From an uncultured Methanosarcinaceae archaeon (GTDB lineage: Archaea; Halobacteriota; Methanosarcinia; Methanosarcinales; Methanosarcinaceae), in assembly GCA_963733675.1 (NCBI GenBank), contig CAVTET010000012.1, forward strand, positions 96,001-160,000: a stretch of DNA of 64,000 nucleotides, given 5' to 3'. A program made the position numbers and the translations under genes. Below, piece by piece: positions 1 to 10,787 of the stretch. Numbering within the stretch: position 1 is the stretch's first letter; each line of letters begins with the position of its first letter. The notes below the pieces were generated by a model. It was given only the letters and a program-made list of their open reading frames with translations, ran no database searches and was not told the origin of the DNA.

Positions 1-188
1 ACTTCACCTGAGATATTTTTGTAAGATTCAGTCCCGCGCAACACATGCAGCAGGATTGTTTTTCCTGACCCACTTTTCCCCAAAACTCCAACTATTTCCC
101 CTTCATTGATGCTTAAATTTATATTTTTCAGCGCTTTAAGACCTTCAAAATCTACATTTAAATTTTTAATTTCAATGAACACTGGCAT
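1..188 (-). CDS. atwA: Methyl-coenzyme M reductase system component A2 (ABC-type ATPase), 5' part only
   Basis: Manual translation from ATG at 188: MPVFIEIKNLNVDFEGLKALKNINLSINEGEIVGVLGKSGSGKTILLHVLRGTESYKNISGE. Walker A plus the LHVLRG..SGE segment typical of AtwA; GGAGGAG RBS upstream; runs off the window. Confidence 0.8.
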   Translation of the reverse strand, partial: MPVFIEIKNLNVDFEGLKALKNINLSINEGEIVGVLGKSGSGKTILLHVLRGTESYKNISGE

Positions 189-444
189 TAATTCTCCTCC
201 AAATTGTGAGCTGTAAATAACTTTATGGTGGTTCTTTCTTGCCTGCTTGAGCATGTCGTTGAAAGTGAAAAGCTATGACTTCAAGTAAATAATGCATTAT
301 ATAAATAATAAATTTCACCCATTTGAGCAACAAATACATGAGAGTAAACATTACATAAATATACCGTATTATTTTTCCACTGTTAACATTAAAAATTAGG
401 ATCATTTAGAAATTTGGCCCATTAATATTAGTTCTATTTATAAT

Positions 445-535
445 AGAGGATTTGATAAAAATCATAAATATCGTCATATGCCAATAAATAATATATAAAT
501 GACTCATTAAAATCAGAGATTTATCAAAATTCTCT
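445..535. mobile_element. MITE family A copy (~90 bp)
   Basis: Terminal inverted repeats AGAGGATTTGATAAA...TTTATCAAAATTCTCT; same length and ends as other copies in the window. Confidence 0.65.
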
Positions 536-561
536 TTATTAATTACATGTCATATAGGCCA

Positions 562-1362
562 TTATAGCCTTTTTATTACATCCACAACTTCAATTATATC
601 ATCAATTATCATATCTGCTGCTGCTCTTAGTTTTTCAGGTCTTTGATCTCCTTGTTGTGTTGTCATTATCCCCACGTCTGCTGCTCTAAGAGCCAATATA
701 TCATTGATCCCATCACCTACCATAACTACTTTTTCGTACTTCTTTTTCAGTTCAAGCACTAGATTTTCCTTCATGAAAGTGTTTGAAAGGGGGAATACCT
801 TTTCCGGAGAAATGTTTATAAATTCAGCAAGTTTCGTGAGGGCGAACACTCCATCCCCTGAAGCTATATACGTATCCACTTTCATGGCCTGGAGAGTCTG
901 AATAGTTTGGAGGGTAGTGCTGAATACATGCCCACCTGTACTAAGGACATAGGGCACGCTTTTGACCTCTGAGTCAATTATCAAGCCAGAAGCACGATAA
1001 AAAATGTCCGGGCAGCGGTATGTGACCATTTCCAATACATCATGCAAGTCGCTCATAAAAAGTGCGGTCCCTTCTATAATCTCGTAGGCAATAGCTGGGG
1101 AAAATTTTCCTTTTGAACAGCTTATACCAAGTGAAATTCTGTGTTCTTTTATAAACTCAAACAAAGGCATATCTTTCCTTGAACTCAGGATTATATCGCT
1201 TTCGGTATTGAAAACAACAAGCCCACATCCATTTTTTTGAGCGACAATAGCAGTGCTCTCGATATTTTCAAGAATATTCCCGGTGCTGGCTTCCTTTGCA
1301 ACCCTGTACATATGTAGGAGGGTTCCAGCACTGTCAAAAATCACTGCAATTTTTTTAGCCAT
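562..1362 (-). CDS. HAD-superfamily hydrolase (soluble P-type ATPase-like)
   Basis: FDSAGTL motif I, ASGD, and MVGDGINDILALRAADVGI motif; likely start MAKK at 1362. Confidence 0.85.
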   Translation of the reverse strand: MAKKIAVIFDSAGTLLHMYRVAKEASTGNILENIESTAIVAQKNGCGLVVFNTESDIILSSRKDMPLFEFIKEHRISLGISCSKGKFSPAIAYEIIEGTALFMSDLHDVLEMVTYRCPDIFYRASGLIIDSEVKSVPYVLSTGGHVFSTTLQTIQTLQAMKVDTYIASGDGVFALTKLAEFINISPEKVFPLSNTFMKENLVLELKKKYEKVVMVGDGINDILALRAADVGIMTTQQGDQRPEKLRAAADMIIDDIIEVVDVIKRL

Positions 1363-1474
1363 ATTAAGTAATAAGCTGTAAAATAAAAAAAATCTATGTA
1401 AAAACCAAAAGAACTGCAAGGAATTGGAATTTTATAAAAAAAATGAAAACTTGGATTAAGTCAAATTTATCCTT

Positions 1475-2371
1475 TCAAGTAATTGATGACCCTGATAGTA
1501 GAACACCGATAAAAAATCCAAGGATTACTCCTGAATTCAGAAAAGGAAGTCCTGCCTGTGGTTTTCCTTTCATTACGAGAACAAAAAGCACTACAAACCC
1601 TGCAAGGGTACCCAACATTGCTCCTAGTACTGGATAGGTGTTTCCTCCAGTGTTATTTATAAAAATGCTTGCTGAGACCACAAGAAGCGTGGGCATTATG
1701 GCATCTCCAAGGCCCATGAAAAAAGCTTCTCGTTCCTCTCCCTTTTCAACTTTTTCTTGTAGGAAGGAATACTTTGAGTGCTTTGGGATCACGAATAGAA
1801 TGGGGAGTTTGAGATCCATAATACCCTCGGCCATGGTTATCATATGCTTTGTCCTGTACACTGATATGGCATCATAGATTGCAAGGAGCATTAGGAGAAA
1901 AATAACCGGGATAACTGAAAGGGAGATCCCTATCAAAGCACTGACCCCACCTGCAGTGCAAATTCCCACAAGGTCAATTAAGTACCATTCAGGATACTTG
2001 TAAAGCAGCACTGTCACTCCTACAGATACCAGAATTGAGACAATAGCTTCAAATCCGGAGAGAGGTGGCAGGAGGGTGAAAAGAGCATAGAATACATAAT
2101 AGAGAGTGCTTATTATGGCGAAATATATGAGGAAACTGATAATAAATTTCATATTTTTCTTTATTGCGATCAAGACAAACAAAGTGAAAACCAATATTAA
2201 TCCCATATAATAGATAACGTTGGACAGTTGAGTTGGGTCCTCAAAAGTTTTCATCCCGCTAACTTCCATGGGTGTGGATAAAAACAGTGCAAGAACCTGT
2301 ACCGTAATGATAAGTCCTCCCATAGGAAGAATAGGTAAATAATCTTTAAGTGATCGTTCGCTGGAATTCAA
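1475..2371 (-). CDS. Presenilin-family intramembrane aspartyl protease (PSH)
   Basis: Multi-TM protein with YD (IYDAISV), GxGD (MGLGDAI) and PAL-like (QAGLPFLN) motifs. Confidence 0.9.
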   Translation of the reverse strand: MNSSERSLKDYLPILPMGGLIITVQVLALFLSTPMEVSGMKTFEDPTQLSNVIYYMGLILVFTLFVLIAIKKNMKFIISFLIYFAIISTLYYVFYALFTLLPPLSGFEAIVSILVSVGVTVLLYKYPEWYLIDLVGICTAGGVSALIGISLSVIPVIFLLMLLAIYDAISVYRTKHMITMAEGIMDLKLPILFVIPKHSKYSFLQEKVEKGEEREAFFMGLGDAIMPTLLVVSASIFINNTGGNTYPVLGAMLGTLAGFVVLFVLVMKGKPQAGLPFLNSGVILGFFIGVLLSGSSIT

Positions 2372-3106
2372 GTGTTAAACTCCTTAATTCTTAGAATATG
2401 CCTTTTCATACTTTTTTAGATTTAACTGCCTTCTGTCTTCGTGCATTATATGTAATATTCCCTTTACCGGCAATTTTTTATTTTCAACCTTTTTTCTTAG
2501 GCAAGGAATATTTTTCTACCAAAGGCTGAAATAGAGCGTAATTTTATGCTCCTTTTCAACATCATCTATATAAAGGACTCGGCTTTCTTTCGAAAGCCAG
2601 GCTTAGTAGCAGAGAAGCTTATCTTGTATCAACTGCTAGGAGTTAATTAGATCAAGAAAGTATCTCCGTAATGTGGGCTGCTAGTTAATTATTAGAGTTG
2701 TATGAATAGAGTTGCATGAAGGTAAAATTTTTATCAAGGTGACTATTTTGTGCTCCTTGTTACCTAAAAACTATCCGGAAATTGTTGTGACGTATGAAAA
2801 CATTTACTATGACTAAATGTACAACATAAAGAATACTTGAATTATAGACCTATAGCAATTTCTAAAACATGGCATTATTGACTCTTCGAATAGGTTTTTA
2901 GACACAAATATTTAAATCCAAATTCTATTACAAAAACTTGATAATTAGAATTATTTGTTGTTAAGTTGTTGACATGTGAAATTTTTAGATTTTTTAATAT
3001 TGTAAGGTTATTATTCGAATGATGTCAATTGTTTGTGAAATTATAGTAAATTTTGACTACTCCAGAAGATATTAAAAAGTCTCCCCACTCTCTTTTCCAA
3101 AGTATC

Positions 3107-3224
3107 TAGGACTTACGCAATTGAAGTGGAAAATCAATAGCATTAAACTCAAAACATTCTAAAAAATAGTTTTTTAACTATACTTTTATCATACTTATTT
3201 TGCATCATAAGTGCGTAAGTTCTA
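3107..3224. mobile_element. MITE family B copy (118 bp)
   Basis: TIRs TAGGACTTACGCA...TGCGTAAGTTCTA; inverted homologous 118-bp copy at 5149-5266. Confidence 0.7.
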
Positions 3225-3715
3225 ACATTAATAATATCATTTTACTTATTGGAGATTTCTATTTTTCCTTCTGCTTCATTTAGCTTTTCTCTTTCTTGAA
3301 AAGAACTTGCTGATCTTCTCTGCATCAGCTAAGCCTATTTTGTGGGGCTTTGACAAGGTGTTCTAAACCTTTAAAAGTGTACCTTTTTTCCCGCGTTCCT
3401 TCAATTCCATATGCTCTATGAGTCACATGAGCTCCATGAGTCAAGGTTATAAATTTTTTCTGATTTGGTGTGAAATTGATGAAATTCAAAGATTTTAACA
3501 CGTAACTTTTCCAACAGTATTATTTATATAGTTGTGTTCTACCTTATAATGTAGCTTTAAACTTGTAATGGTATTCAGTTTAAATTTTTGGCTTAAAATA
3601 ACTATTTTGGAATTTAAATGTTGTTGTTCAGATGATGATATTAAAAATTATATAAATTTGACAACTAAATATAATGTAACACAAATTTTAATAGATCCAA
3701 AAATATAATTTTTAC

Positions 3716-4569
3716 GGTTCCGTTGCAAAAAATCCTTTCTAATGATGCAATAGAATAAAACGAAAACCAAAGATAGTAATATGCTATCTAATTCCTTTAA
3801 ATGGAAGCCTTATGAAGGAGAAATTATCCTATTGAATGTAAGATGGTACTTAAAATACCCATTGAGCTATATAAATTTAAAGGAAATGATGATAGAAAGA
3901 GGAATTCAAGTTGATCACAGTACTATAATGAGATGGGTACATCAATATTCCCCTGAAATAGAAAAGAAAATAAGAAAATATTTAAGACCAACAAACGATT
4001 CGTAGAGAGTTGATGAAACCTATATCAAAATAAAAGGTAAATGGAAATATTTTTACCGAGCAGTTGACTCAAATGGAGATACAATTGATTTCATGTTAAG
4101 TTCAAAACGAGATAGAAAGGCAGCGAAGAGATTCCTTAAGAAAGCTTTGAGTTCTAATCATAATCAAATTCCAAGAGTAATAACAGTTGATAAGAATCAA
4201 GTTTATCCACCTGCTATAGATGAACTAAAAATTGATAAAATACTACCTAAAAACGTAGGCATTCGACAAATCAAGTGTTTGAATAACATTATAGAACAAG
4301 ATCATAGATCTATAAAGCGAATCGTTAATCCAATGTTAGGATTTCAGTTTTTTCGATCTGCTAATAAAACTTTAAAAAGAATTGAAGCTATGAATATGAT
4401 CAAAAAAGGACAAGTAATCGATTTAAATTACTCGATTCTTAATGAAGTCAAATACATTAATCAGTTGTTTGGTATTATTTTATAATGTTAGTACATTTTC
4501 CTTAAATATTTTGATTTTATTCATTACTTATAAATTTACATATTTTGTTGAAGTTTTTGCAACGGAACC
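3716..4569 (+). mobile_element. IS6-family element copy 1; transposase 3781-4485 interrupted by one in-frame TAG (4003-4005)
   Basis: TIRs GGTTCCGTTGCAAAAA at both ends; DDE motifs VDETY/TVDKN/IEQDHR; TAG where other copies have TGG. Confidence 0.95.
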
Positions 4570-4664
4570 GTATTTGTTCATATTTTGTCTTTGGCACTGT
4601 TTTTTAGCTTTTTACTCTCAAAATAGATCTTGGGCCTTCAAAATTATGGAAGTCAAAATAAATT

Positions 4665-5039
4665 TTAGCAGGTTACGTGGAACATTGCAATTACTTTTCC
4701 TTTACTTCTGTTCCATAGCTTAATTGCTTTTGTGGTGGGAAGAAGTTTTGTTTTGCAGTCTTTCTCTACGAAAAACTTTTTAGCTTTTCTTGAAAGTTCA
4801 ACGTATCCAGTCTGGCCTGTACCAATAATTAGCTCCCCGGCTCCCTTGTCATAAATGTATTTGGCCTCAGCAAGCGAGATTTTGTGGGAGGTTCCGTAGA
4901 TTTTTTTCGAAAGCTTTTTCCTGCGCTTTTCTATCAGCCCATCCTTACGGATAATGATATCATGCTCATAGGTCTTACTTTTAATCATGATAGAGCCAAA
5001 ATTGGTTGAATTTATCTTCGGTTTCATAGCTTTCTCCAT
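4665..5039 (-). CDS. Mth938-like (DUF498) protein
   Basis: FGSI..KTYEHDIII, LIIGTGQTG and C-terminal FHVTC motifs. Confidence 0.8.
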   Translation of the reverse strand: MEKAMKPKINSTNFGSIMIKSKTYEHDIIIRKDGLIEKRRKKLSKKIYGTSHKISLAEAKYIYDKGAGELIIGTGQTGYVELSRKAKKFFVEKDCKTKLLPTTKAIKLWNRSKGKVIAMFHVTC

Positions 5040-5148
5040 TCATAATTATCTATTTCATTGCCATTTTTCATATTTTTCTTCTAGTTTCTACTCTTAGTAT
5101 ATATAATTTAGATAAATTTCTGATTTGATTGATAATCTATATATTTAT

Positions 5149-5266
5149 TAGGTTTTACGCACTTGATATCTAAAATCAAATATTTTGGACATTGCAGTTA
5201 AATCTATGCTTTAAACAGTTTGAAGTCAAAACTTATTGATATCTTTATTAAACTGCGTAAGTCCTA
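5149..5266. mobile_element. MITE family B copy (118 bp)
   Basis: TAGGTTTTACGCA...TGCGTAAGTCCTA; reverse-complement homolog of 3107-3224. Confidence 0.7.
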
Positions 5267-5509
5267 TTCATTAAAAATAATTAATGGTTTTATTTTACTA
5301 AATATAGACTATTAAATTTTTGTTTCGTAGAATTGGATGATATTAACAATTGGTTAAAATTTTCAGAAAATGATAAGTCATAATATCATTGCGTCAAATT
5401 TGTAGTATCCAAAAAAATTTATATTTCCTTTAATCTAAAGCACAATGTCCAAATGGTTACCAGAAACCATTTCATTGAATTACTTATGGGATATACCTTT
5501 AATAAATTC

Positions 5510-6364
5510 GGTTCCGTTGCAAAAACTTCAACAAAATATGTAAATCTATAAGTGATTAATAAAAATCAAAACATTCAAGGAAAATGTACTAACATTATAA
5601 AACTATACCAAATAATTGATTAATGTATTTGACTTCATTAAGAACAGAGTAATTTAGATCGATTACTTGTCCTTTTTTGATCATATTTATAGCTTCAATT
5701 CCTTTTAAAGTCTTATTAGCAGATCGAAAAGACTGAAATCCTAACATTGGATTAACGATTCGCTTTATAGATCTGTGATCTTGTTCTATAATGTTATTCA
5801 AATACTTGATTTGTCGAATGCCTACGTTTTTAGGTAGTATTTTATCAATTTTTAGTTTATCTATAGCAGGTGGATAAGCTGGATTCTTATCAACGGTTAT
5901 TAATCTTGGAATTTGATTATGATTAGAACTTAAAGCTTTCTTAAGGAATCTCTTCGCTGCCTTTCTATCTCGTTTTGAACTTAACATGAAATCAATTGTA
6001 TCTCCATTTGAGTCAACTGCTCGGTAAAAATATTTCCATTTACCTTTTATTTTGATATAGGTTTCATCAACTCTCCACGAATAGTTTGTTAGTCTTAAAT
6101 GTCTTCTTATCTTCTTTTCTATTTCAGGGGAATATTGATGTACCCATCTCATGATTGTTGTATGGTCGACTTTTACTCCCCTTTCTGCCATCATTTCCTT
6201 TAAATTTCTATAACTTAATGCATATTTTAAGTACCATCTTACATTCAATAAGATAATTTCCCCTTCATAATGCTTCCATTTAAAGGAATTAGATAGCATG
6301 TTACTATCTTTGGTTTTCTTTTTATTCTATTGTATCATTAGAAAGGATTTTTTGCAACGGAACC
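5510..6364 (-). mobile_element. IS6-family element copy 2 with intact 234-aa transposase (5595-6299)
   Basis: Both TIRs present; uninterrupted DDE transposase ORF. Confidence 0.95.
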
Positions 6365-6387
6365 ACAAATACTATTAAGAGGATTTA

Positions 6388-6477
6388 AGAGGATTTTGGA
6401 AACCTCCGATTTAAACAAATTGCTAATGTAGGAATTATAAATAAACAGCAAAAAAAGAGTAATTATCGAAATCCTCT
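6388..6477. mobile_element. MITE family A copy
   Basis: AGAGGATTTTGGAAA...TTATCGAAATCCTCT, 90 bp. Confidence 0.6.
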
Positions 6478-6689
6478 TATAAAAATAGGTTGAATTCGAA
6501 TGAGAAAATTTAAAAATTGGTGATTCGTACCTTTCTCAAACCCGATCAAACTTCTCAATAACTTGTTCCCTAATCCAATTTAGATCATGAAGGAATGACT
6601 CTATATTCGTTTTTATTCTCTAAAACAATATCTTTTTCAATATTCACTTCTGCCGTAGTCTTCCTGAAAACATCGCTTCAAATTTTATT

Positions 6690-7145
6690 TGCGTTTTAAT
6701 CCACTTGACACTCCTACAAGCAAGACACCTTTTCTAAAGGATCATATAATTTAAAAACATCCTGTAGATACTCTTTTGTGGTATATCTGTATTAGCCTCA
6801 AATGACATTGTTTGGTTCCTACACTGGGTCAAGTAGGTATCTCAATATAGAAATTCTGGTAAAAGCTTGTGACTCCCATTAAGTGGTTTAAACTGTTCTA
6901 TCGGCATTCTCCCTCACTTCTTGCAAGTGCTTTCTGAATCCAATTAGATACTTTTTTATACTGCGTTGGCGCATCAATTTAAGAGATTTAACTCCTGCTC
7001 AGCCTTGGTTAAAAGTTCATCGGAGTTTTTCCGATTCATTCAGTAAAATGTTTCATGGCTAGCAGTAATTCCTTTCCGTATTCGATCGCTGGTTTAGAGT
7101 TTCAATCTACTCAATGATTTCCGGATCGTTTAGTAAGTCATAAAT
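6690..7145 (-). pseudogene. Tyrosine recombinase/integrase N-terminal remnant
   Basis: Multi-frame fragments LNDPEIIE, LLAMKHFTE, MRQRSIKKYLIGFRKHLQE, SFYQNFYIEIP, DPLEK, LLVGVSSGL resemble Methanosarcina integrases; many stops and frameshifts; boundaries approximate. Confidence 0.65.
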
Positions 7146-7289
7146 TATCACAAATCCTCCGTAATATGGATATACTTCCTTTTGGACTAATACTTTAATG
7201 AAGTATCTCCACATAAGAATTTTTAATATTTATGACATGGAAATTTTGATAATTAAGGAAATTTTTACAGATACACTAGAGGTATAACT

Positions 7290-7613
7290 ATGGAAACTAG
7301 AGATACAGTATTTTTTGTTGTGATGGTTCTGTCATCCTTCCTTTTATCCTTTGAATGGCTTAGAAGATTTGAATATGCATCCACAAATCCACTAATTATT
7401 TTATCGGTTATGATCTTAGTCGGAACACTAGCTGTTATGCTCATCTCTATCAACAACAAACTTCAGGAATTTGAAGATAAGATAGAAGCAAAAGATCGTA
7501 CACTCAAAGTAAATATTGAGAGTACGGAAACGAAAATTGACGAAAGAATGAATGAACTCTCAAGCAAAGTTGATAATGCAATTTGCGAATTCAACCGTAG
7601 GAAATACCATTAA
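7290..7613 (+). CDS. Hypothetical membrane protein (2 TM plus coiled coil)
   Basis: GAGGT RBS, two hydrophobic helices, charged heptad-like tail. Confidence 0.7.
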   Translation: METRDTVFFVVMVLSSFLLSFEWLRRFEYASTNPLIILSVMILVGTLAVMLISINNKLQEFEDKIEAKDRTLKVNIESTETKIDERMNELSSKVDNAICEFNRRKYH

Positions 7614-8128
7614 ATTCTACTAATTACCCTTAAGCATGCTCATAACTTCACTTTTTTGGTAGAAATGAAATTTTGAATTTATTATTAAAGAAGGTTATTT
7701 TTTGATTCGAAATTTTTCTGATAAATAAATATAATTGTGTATTTTAAAATATGTAAAAGTCTAACATTCATCCTTTATGGCATAGGATATGCTACTTAAC
7801 GTAGAAAAGTACGTACATTATTAAATAATTTATTAGTTTAACTTTAATTTTACTCAATTTTAATAAATTAAGTTCTATTCATCACCATTTTAATGGAAAA
7901 ACATGTTATTTTTTTTATTTTAAATCATATACATTCAGGCATTTTCAAAGTCAGGCCCAGCTTTTTGGTAAAGTATATATATCTGTTATTATGTACAATT
8001 GAGGAATATTCAAAACCAAAGTCATTTTAAATATAATGGATCCGATATCACACATCTTGAATTGTTATTACTCTGAGTTAGTATTATTTGATGATACTTG
8101 TGTTAACAGGTAAAGAAGGAAAGCTAAT

Positions 8129-8431
8129 ATGCACCTCAATCTGGAACCTATTGGCATCATTAAGAATGTTGCAAATAAGTCGGAGATTTTAATTTATTCT
8201 GATTTTGAACAGGTCATACAAAATATTTTTTTGACAATTGGAGAAAGAGCTGAAGTGGGCCAGAAAATCCTGGTTATTCACAAAAACAATAGTAAGAAAC
8301 TGGAAGATGGTCATCAGGTTCAAGTAACAAAAGCGACATTATTAGGAAGAAAAGGTAATTTGCTGACAATATCTAAAATTGAGGCAAACGAGGATTCTGT
8401 GATCGATGTTCGACTTGATCTTATTGCCTAA
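8129..8431 (+). CDS. Hypothetical protein
   Basis: Clean 100-aa ORF with protein-like composition; LEPIGII start resembles small beta-barrel proteins. Confidence 0.65.
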   Translation: MHLNLEPIGIIKNVANKSEILIYSDFEQVIQNIFLTIGERAEVGQKILVIHKNNSKKLEDGHQVQVTKATLLGRKGNLLTISKIEANEDSVIDVRLDLIA

Positions 8432-8793
8432 TTCTTCAAGTTATCATTAAACTCAAAAGCTGATAAGGCTCACTTGTTATTGAAATCCTCTTATTTCCTT
8501 GTTAGAAAGCTGATAATTTTCAGGAAAGTTTAGGCCATCCAAAAACTATTGAACAGGAACTCTGAACATTTATATTTATTTTAAACTCAACATGTGATAG
8601 TCATTCTTTCAGCCATAACTGAAGTTCTGGCAATGTCTTTGAGTTTAGTACTTCACTAACTCTTAATCGATAACTCAAAAAATCAAATCTACTTTTTGTA
8701 GCTATTATAAAAGATTATTGATAGCGTAGAAGTATCTTTTTTGCTTAGTAAAAGAGTTATTGGAAACCTATTTAGAAAATTTATCTGAAAGAG

Positions 8794-9663
8794 TTATACT
8801 CCAGCGATGAAAGCTAGCAGAGCAAAGAACATTGCGATCTTGAACATTTTCGAAGATTTCGCTGGATTTTTGAGGGCGAGGATCTGGTGGATAGCCTCAA
8901 AGAAACCCAAATCTGCCAGGAGGACGAAGTAAAGATAACGTAAGCCAAGAACTGACATAAAGTAAGGAAGAGGACTTAAAAATATGGCAAGAAAACCTAT
9001 TAGCACTGCAATATAGCTTGCTTTTTTTGCTCCTATCCTAATAGGTAGGGTATCTATTCCTTCCATCTTATCTCCCTCCATATCTTCGATATCCTTAACA
9101 ATTTCTCTGGCAGTAATAGCAAGAGATGAAAGCACAAAAAGCACAAAAAGAGCTTTAAGTCCGTCAAATCCTAAAACAGAAGCTCCGAACAAGAATGTTG
9201 AACCAGTAAGATAGCCTATACTTAGGTTTCCTAAAAAAGGAGTACTTTTAAGAGTTTTTGCATACAGGATAAGCATTAAAGAATTGAAAAAAGCAATAAA
9301 CCCACAAATCTGTTGAATCGAAAAAGCCAGAAAAGTTCCGAAAGCAAAAAGGAGAAAAGAAAAATATAAGGCGTTCTTTAATTTCACCCTTCCGGAGGGG
9401 ATAGGTCTTTCAGGGCGGTTGATTGAATCTATCTTAAAGTCATAGTAGTCATTAATGGCATTTCCTGCACCTGAAATCAGAAATACTACCAAAAACACAA
9501 GCCCCATATCAAGAAAAGGATAATTTTTCAAATGAAACAAGTCAAAGGCATCTGATGTCATAATATTTTCAGCTATAAATGTTCCTGTTGTAGCCGCAAA
9601 ACCTGCCATAAGGCAGTTTTTGTATCTAATCAGTTCCATATATTTGCGTATCCCTACAGACAT
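8794..9663 (-). CDS. UbiA-family prenyltransferase, probable digeranylgeranylglyceryl phosphate synthase
   Basis: [23 protein letters not shown] and [13 protein letters not shown] aspartate-rich motifs; multi-TM. Confidence 0.88.
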   Translation of the reverse strand: MSVGIRKYMELIRYKNCLMAGFAATTGTFIAENIMTSDAFDLFHLKNYPFLDMGLVFLVVFLISGAGNAINDYYDFKIDSINRPERPIPSGRVKLKNALYFSFLLFAFGTFLAFSIQQICGFIAFFNSLMLILYAKTLKSTPFLGNLSIGYLTGSTFLFGASVLGFDGLKALFVLFVLSSLAITAREIVKDIEDMEGDKMEGIDTLPIRIGAKKASYIAVLIGFLAIFLSPLPYFMSVLGLRYLYFVLLADLGFFEAIHQILALKNPAKSSKMFKIAMFFALLAFIAGV

Positions 9664-10063
9664 CAAAAGATAGCAGCTTTATGAAGTATTAAAAGTATCG
9701 GATCTTTCCAGCCTAATTTTTGCCAGTCTAGTTTCTCTTCTACGATTCCTTAATATAGTACGTTATTGTGTGGCTGTCACATTTCCAACTGTACTATAAA
9801 TATATTTAGATAGCTCTAGAAAATACCATTTTTCAATAGATTGTTCACACATATGTTAATTTTAAAAAATAGATGCCTTCCTAAATTAATGGTTGATGTT
9901 TTTATGATTCAATTCTCAGTTAAGGACCGATGTATTTTTACGCATTGAAGTTTTATCTGCCTTTGTCTAACAGAAAGCAAAATAAAAAAGCTGTATAATG
10001 AAAAATTTTGCTATGAATATTCCAATTTATATTTATTTTATTTGATTCCTGTTACACTTTCCT

Positions 10064-10699
10064 TCATGCTGTAAACACTACATTTATCCTTTTCACATCC
10101 CATAAAGACCTCAACTTTTCTATAATATCCTCTTTGATTGCCGAAGCAAATTGGTGATCTGCAGGCAAGTCTACAACCACCCTCACCACTCCATCTTCAA
10201 TACTTGTTTTAAGTATAAGGTTCGTGCGTATAATATCAAGGCCTGTTAGTGGGTTCATAACGTGCTTGAGCCTGCCACGGACAACTTCTTCGGTTGTGGT
10301 TTCCTTTTCGATAACAAGTCCGTGTTTTTCTTCATAGTCCCGAATCGCAGCACGCAGGCCCTCAACTGCAAGCACTGAGCAGTGGGCTTTGATCGGAGGA
10401 AGCCCTCCAAGCTCTTCAGAAGCCAGTTTCCATGTTATCTTCTTTGCCTCATCGAGAGTCTTTCCACGTGCAAGGTCTGTAATGACAGAAGCTGTGGCAA
10501 TATTTGAGGCACAGCCGTAAGATTCGAATTTAATATCTTCAATAACCTTTGTTTCTGGATTTACCTTAATATAAACTGCAACCATATCTCCACATGCCTG
10601 GCTCCCTTCAAGGCCTTTTCCATCAGGATTCTCTATATTTCCCACATTGTGTGGGTTCCTGAAATGCTCCAATACCTTTTCACTGTAAGGAAACTTCAT
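10064..10699 (-). CDS. iscU: IscU/NifU-type Fe-S scaffold with C-terminal DUF59-like extension
   Basis: YSEKVLEHFRNPHNVG, ACGD, YGCAS, KAHCSVLA; extra ~85-aa tail (LKHVMNPLTGLDII). Confidence 0.88.
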   Translation of the reverse strand: MKFPYSEKVLEHFRNPHNVGNIENPDGKGLEGSQACGDMVAVYIKVNPETKVIEDIKFESYGCASNIATASVITDLARGKTLDEAKKITWKLASEELGGLPPIKAHCSVLAVEGLRAAIRDYEEKHGLVIEKETTTEEVVRGRLKHVMNPLTGLDIIRTNLILKTSIEDGVVRVVVDLPADHQFASAIKEDIIEKLRSLWDVKRINVVFTA

Positions 10700-10787
10700 T
10701 GTCTCACCGATCTCTCCGTCTTTAAAATTATATTCTGCTTTTCATCTATTCTACTTTTCCTGTGCTATGTTTCCCAGTTATTAGATT

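Noticed and set aside
6690-7145. Provirus or integrated element marked by the integrase
   Set aside because: Only a decayed N-terminal fragment; no att site, tRNA or viral genes nearby.
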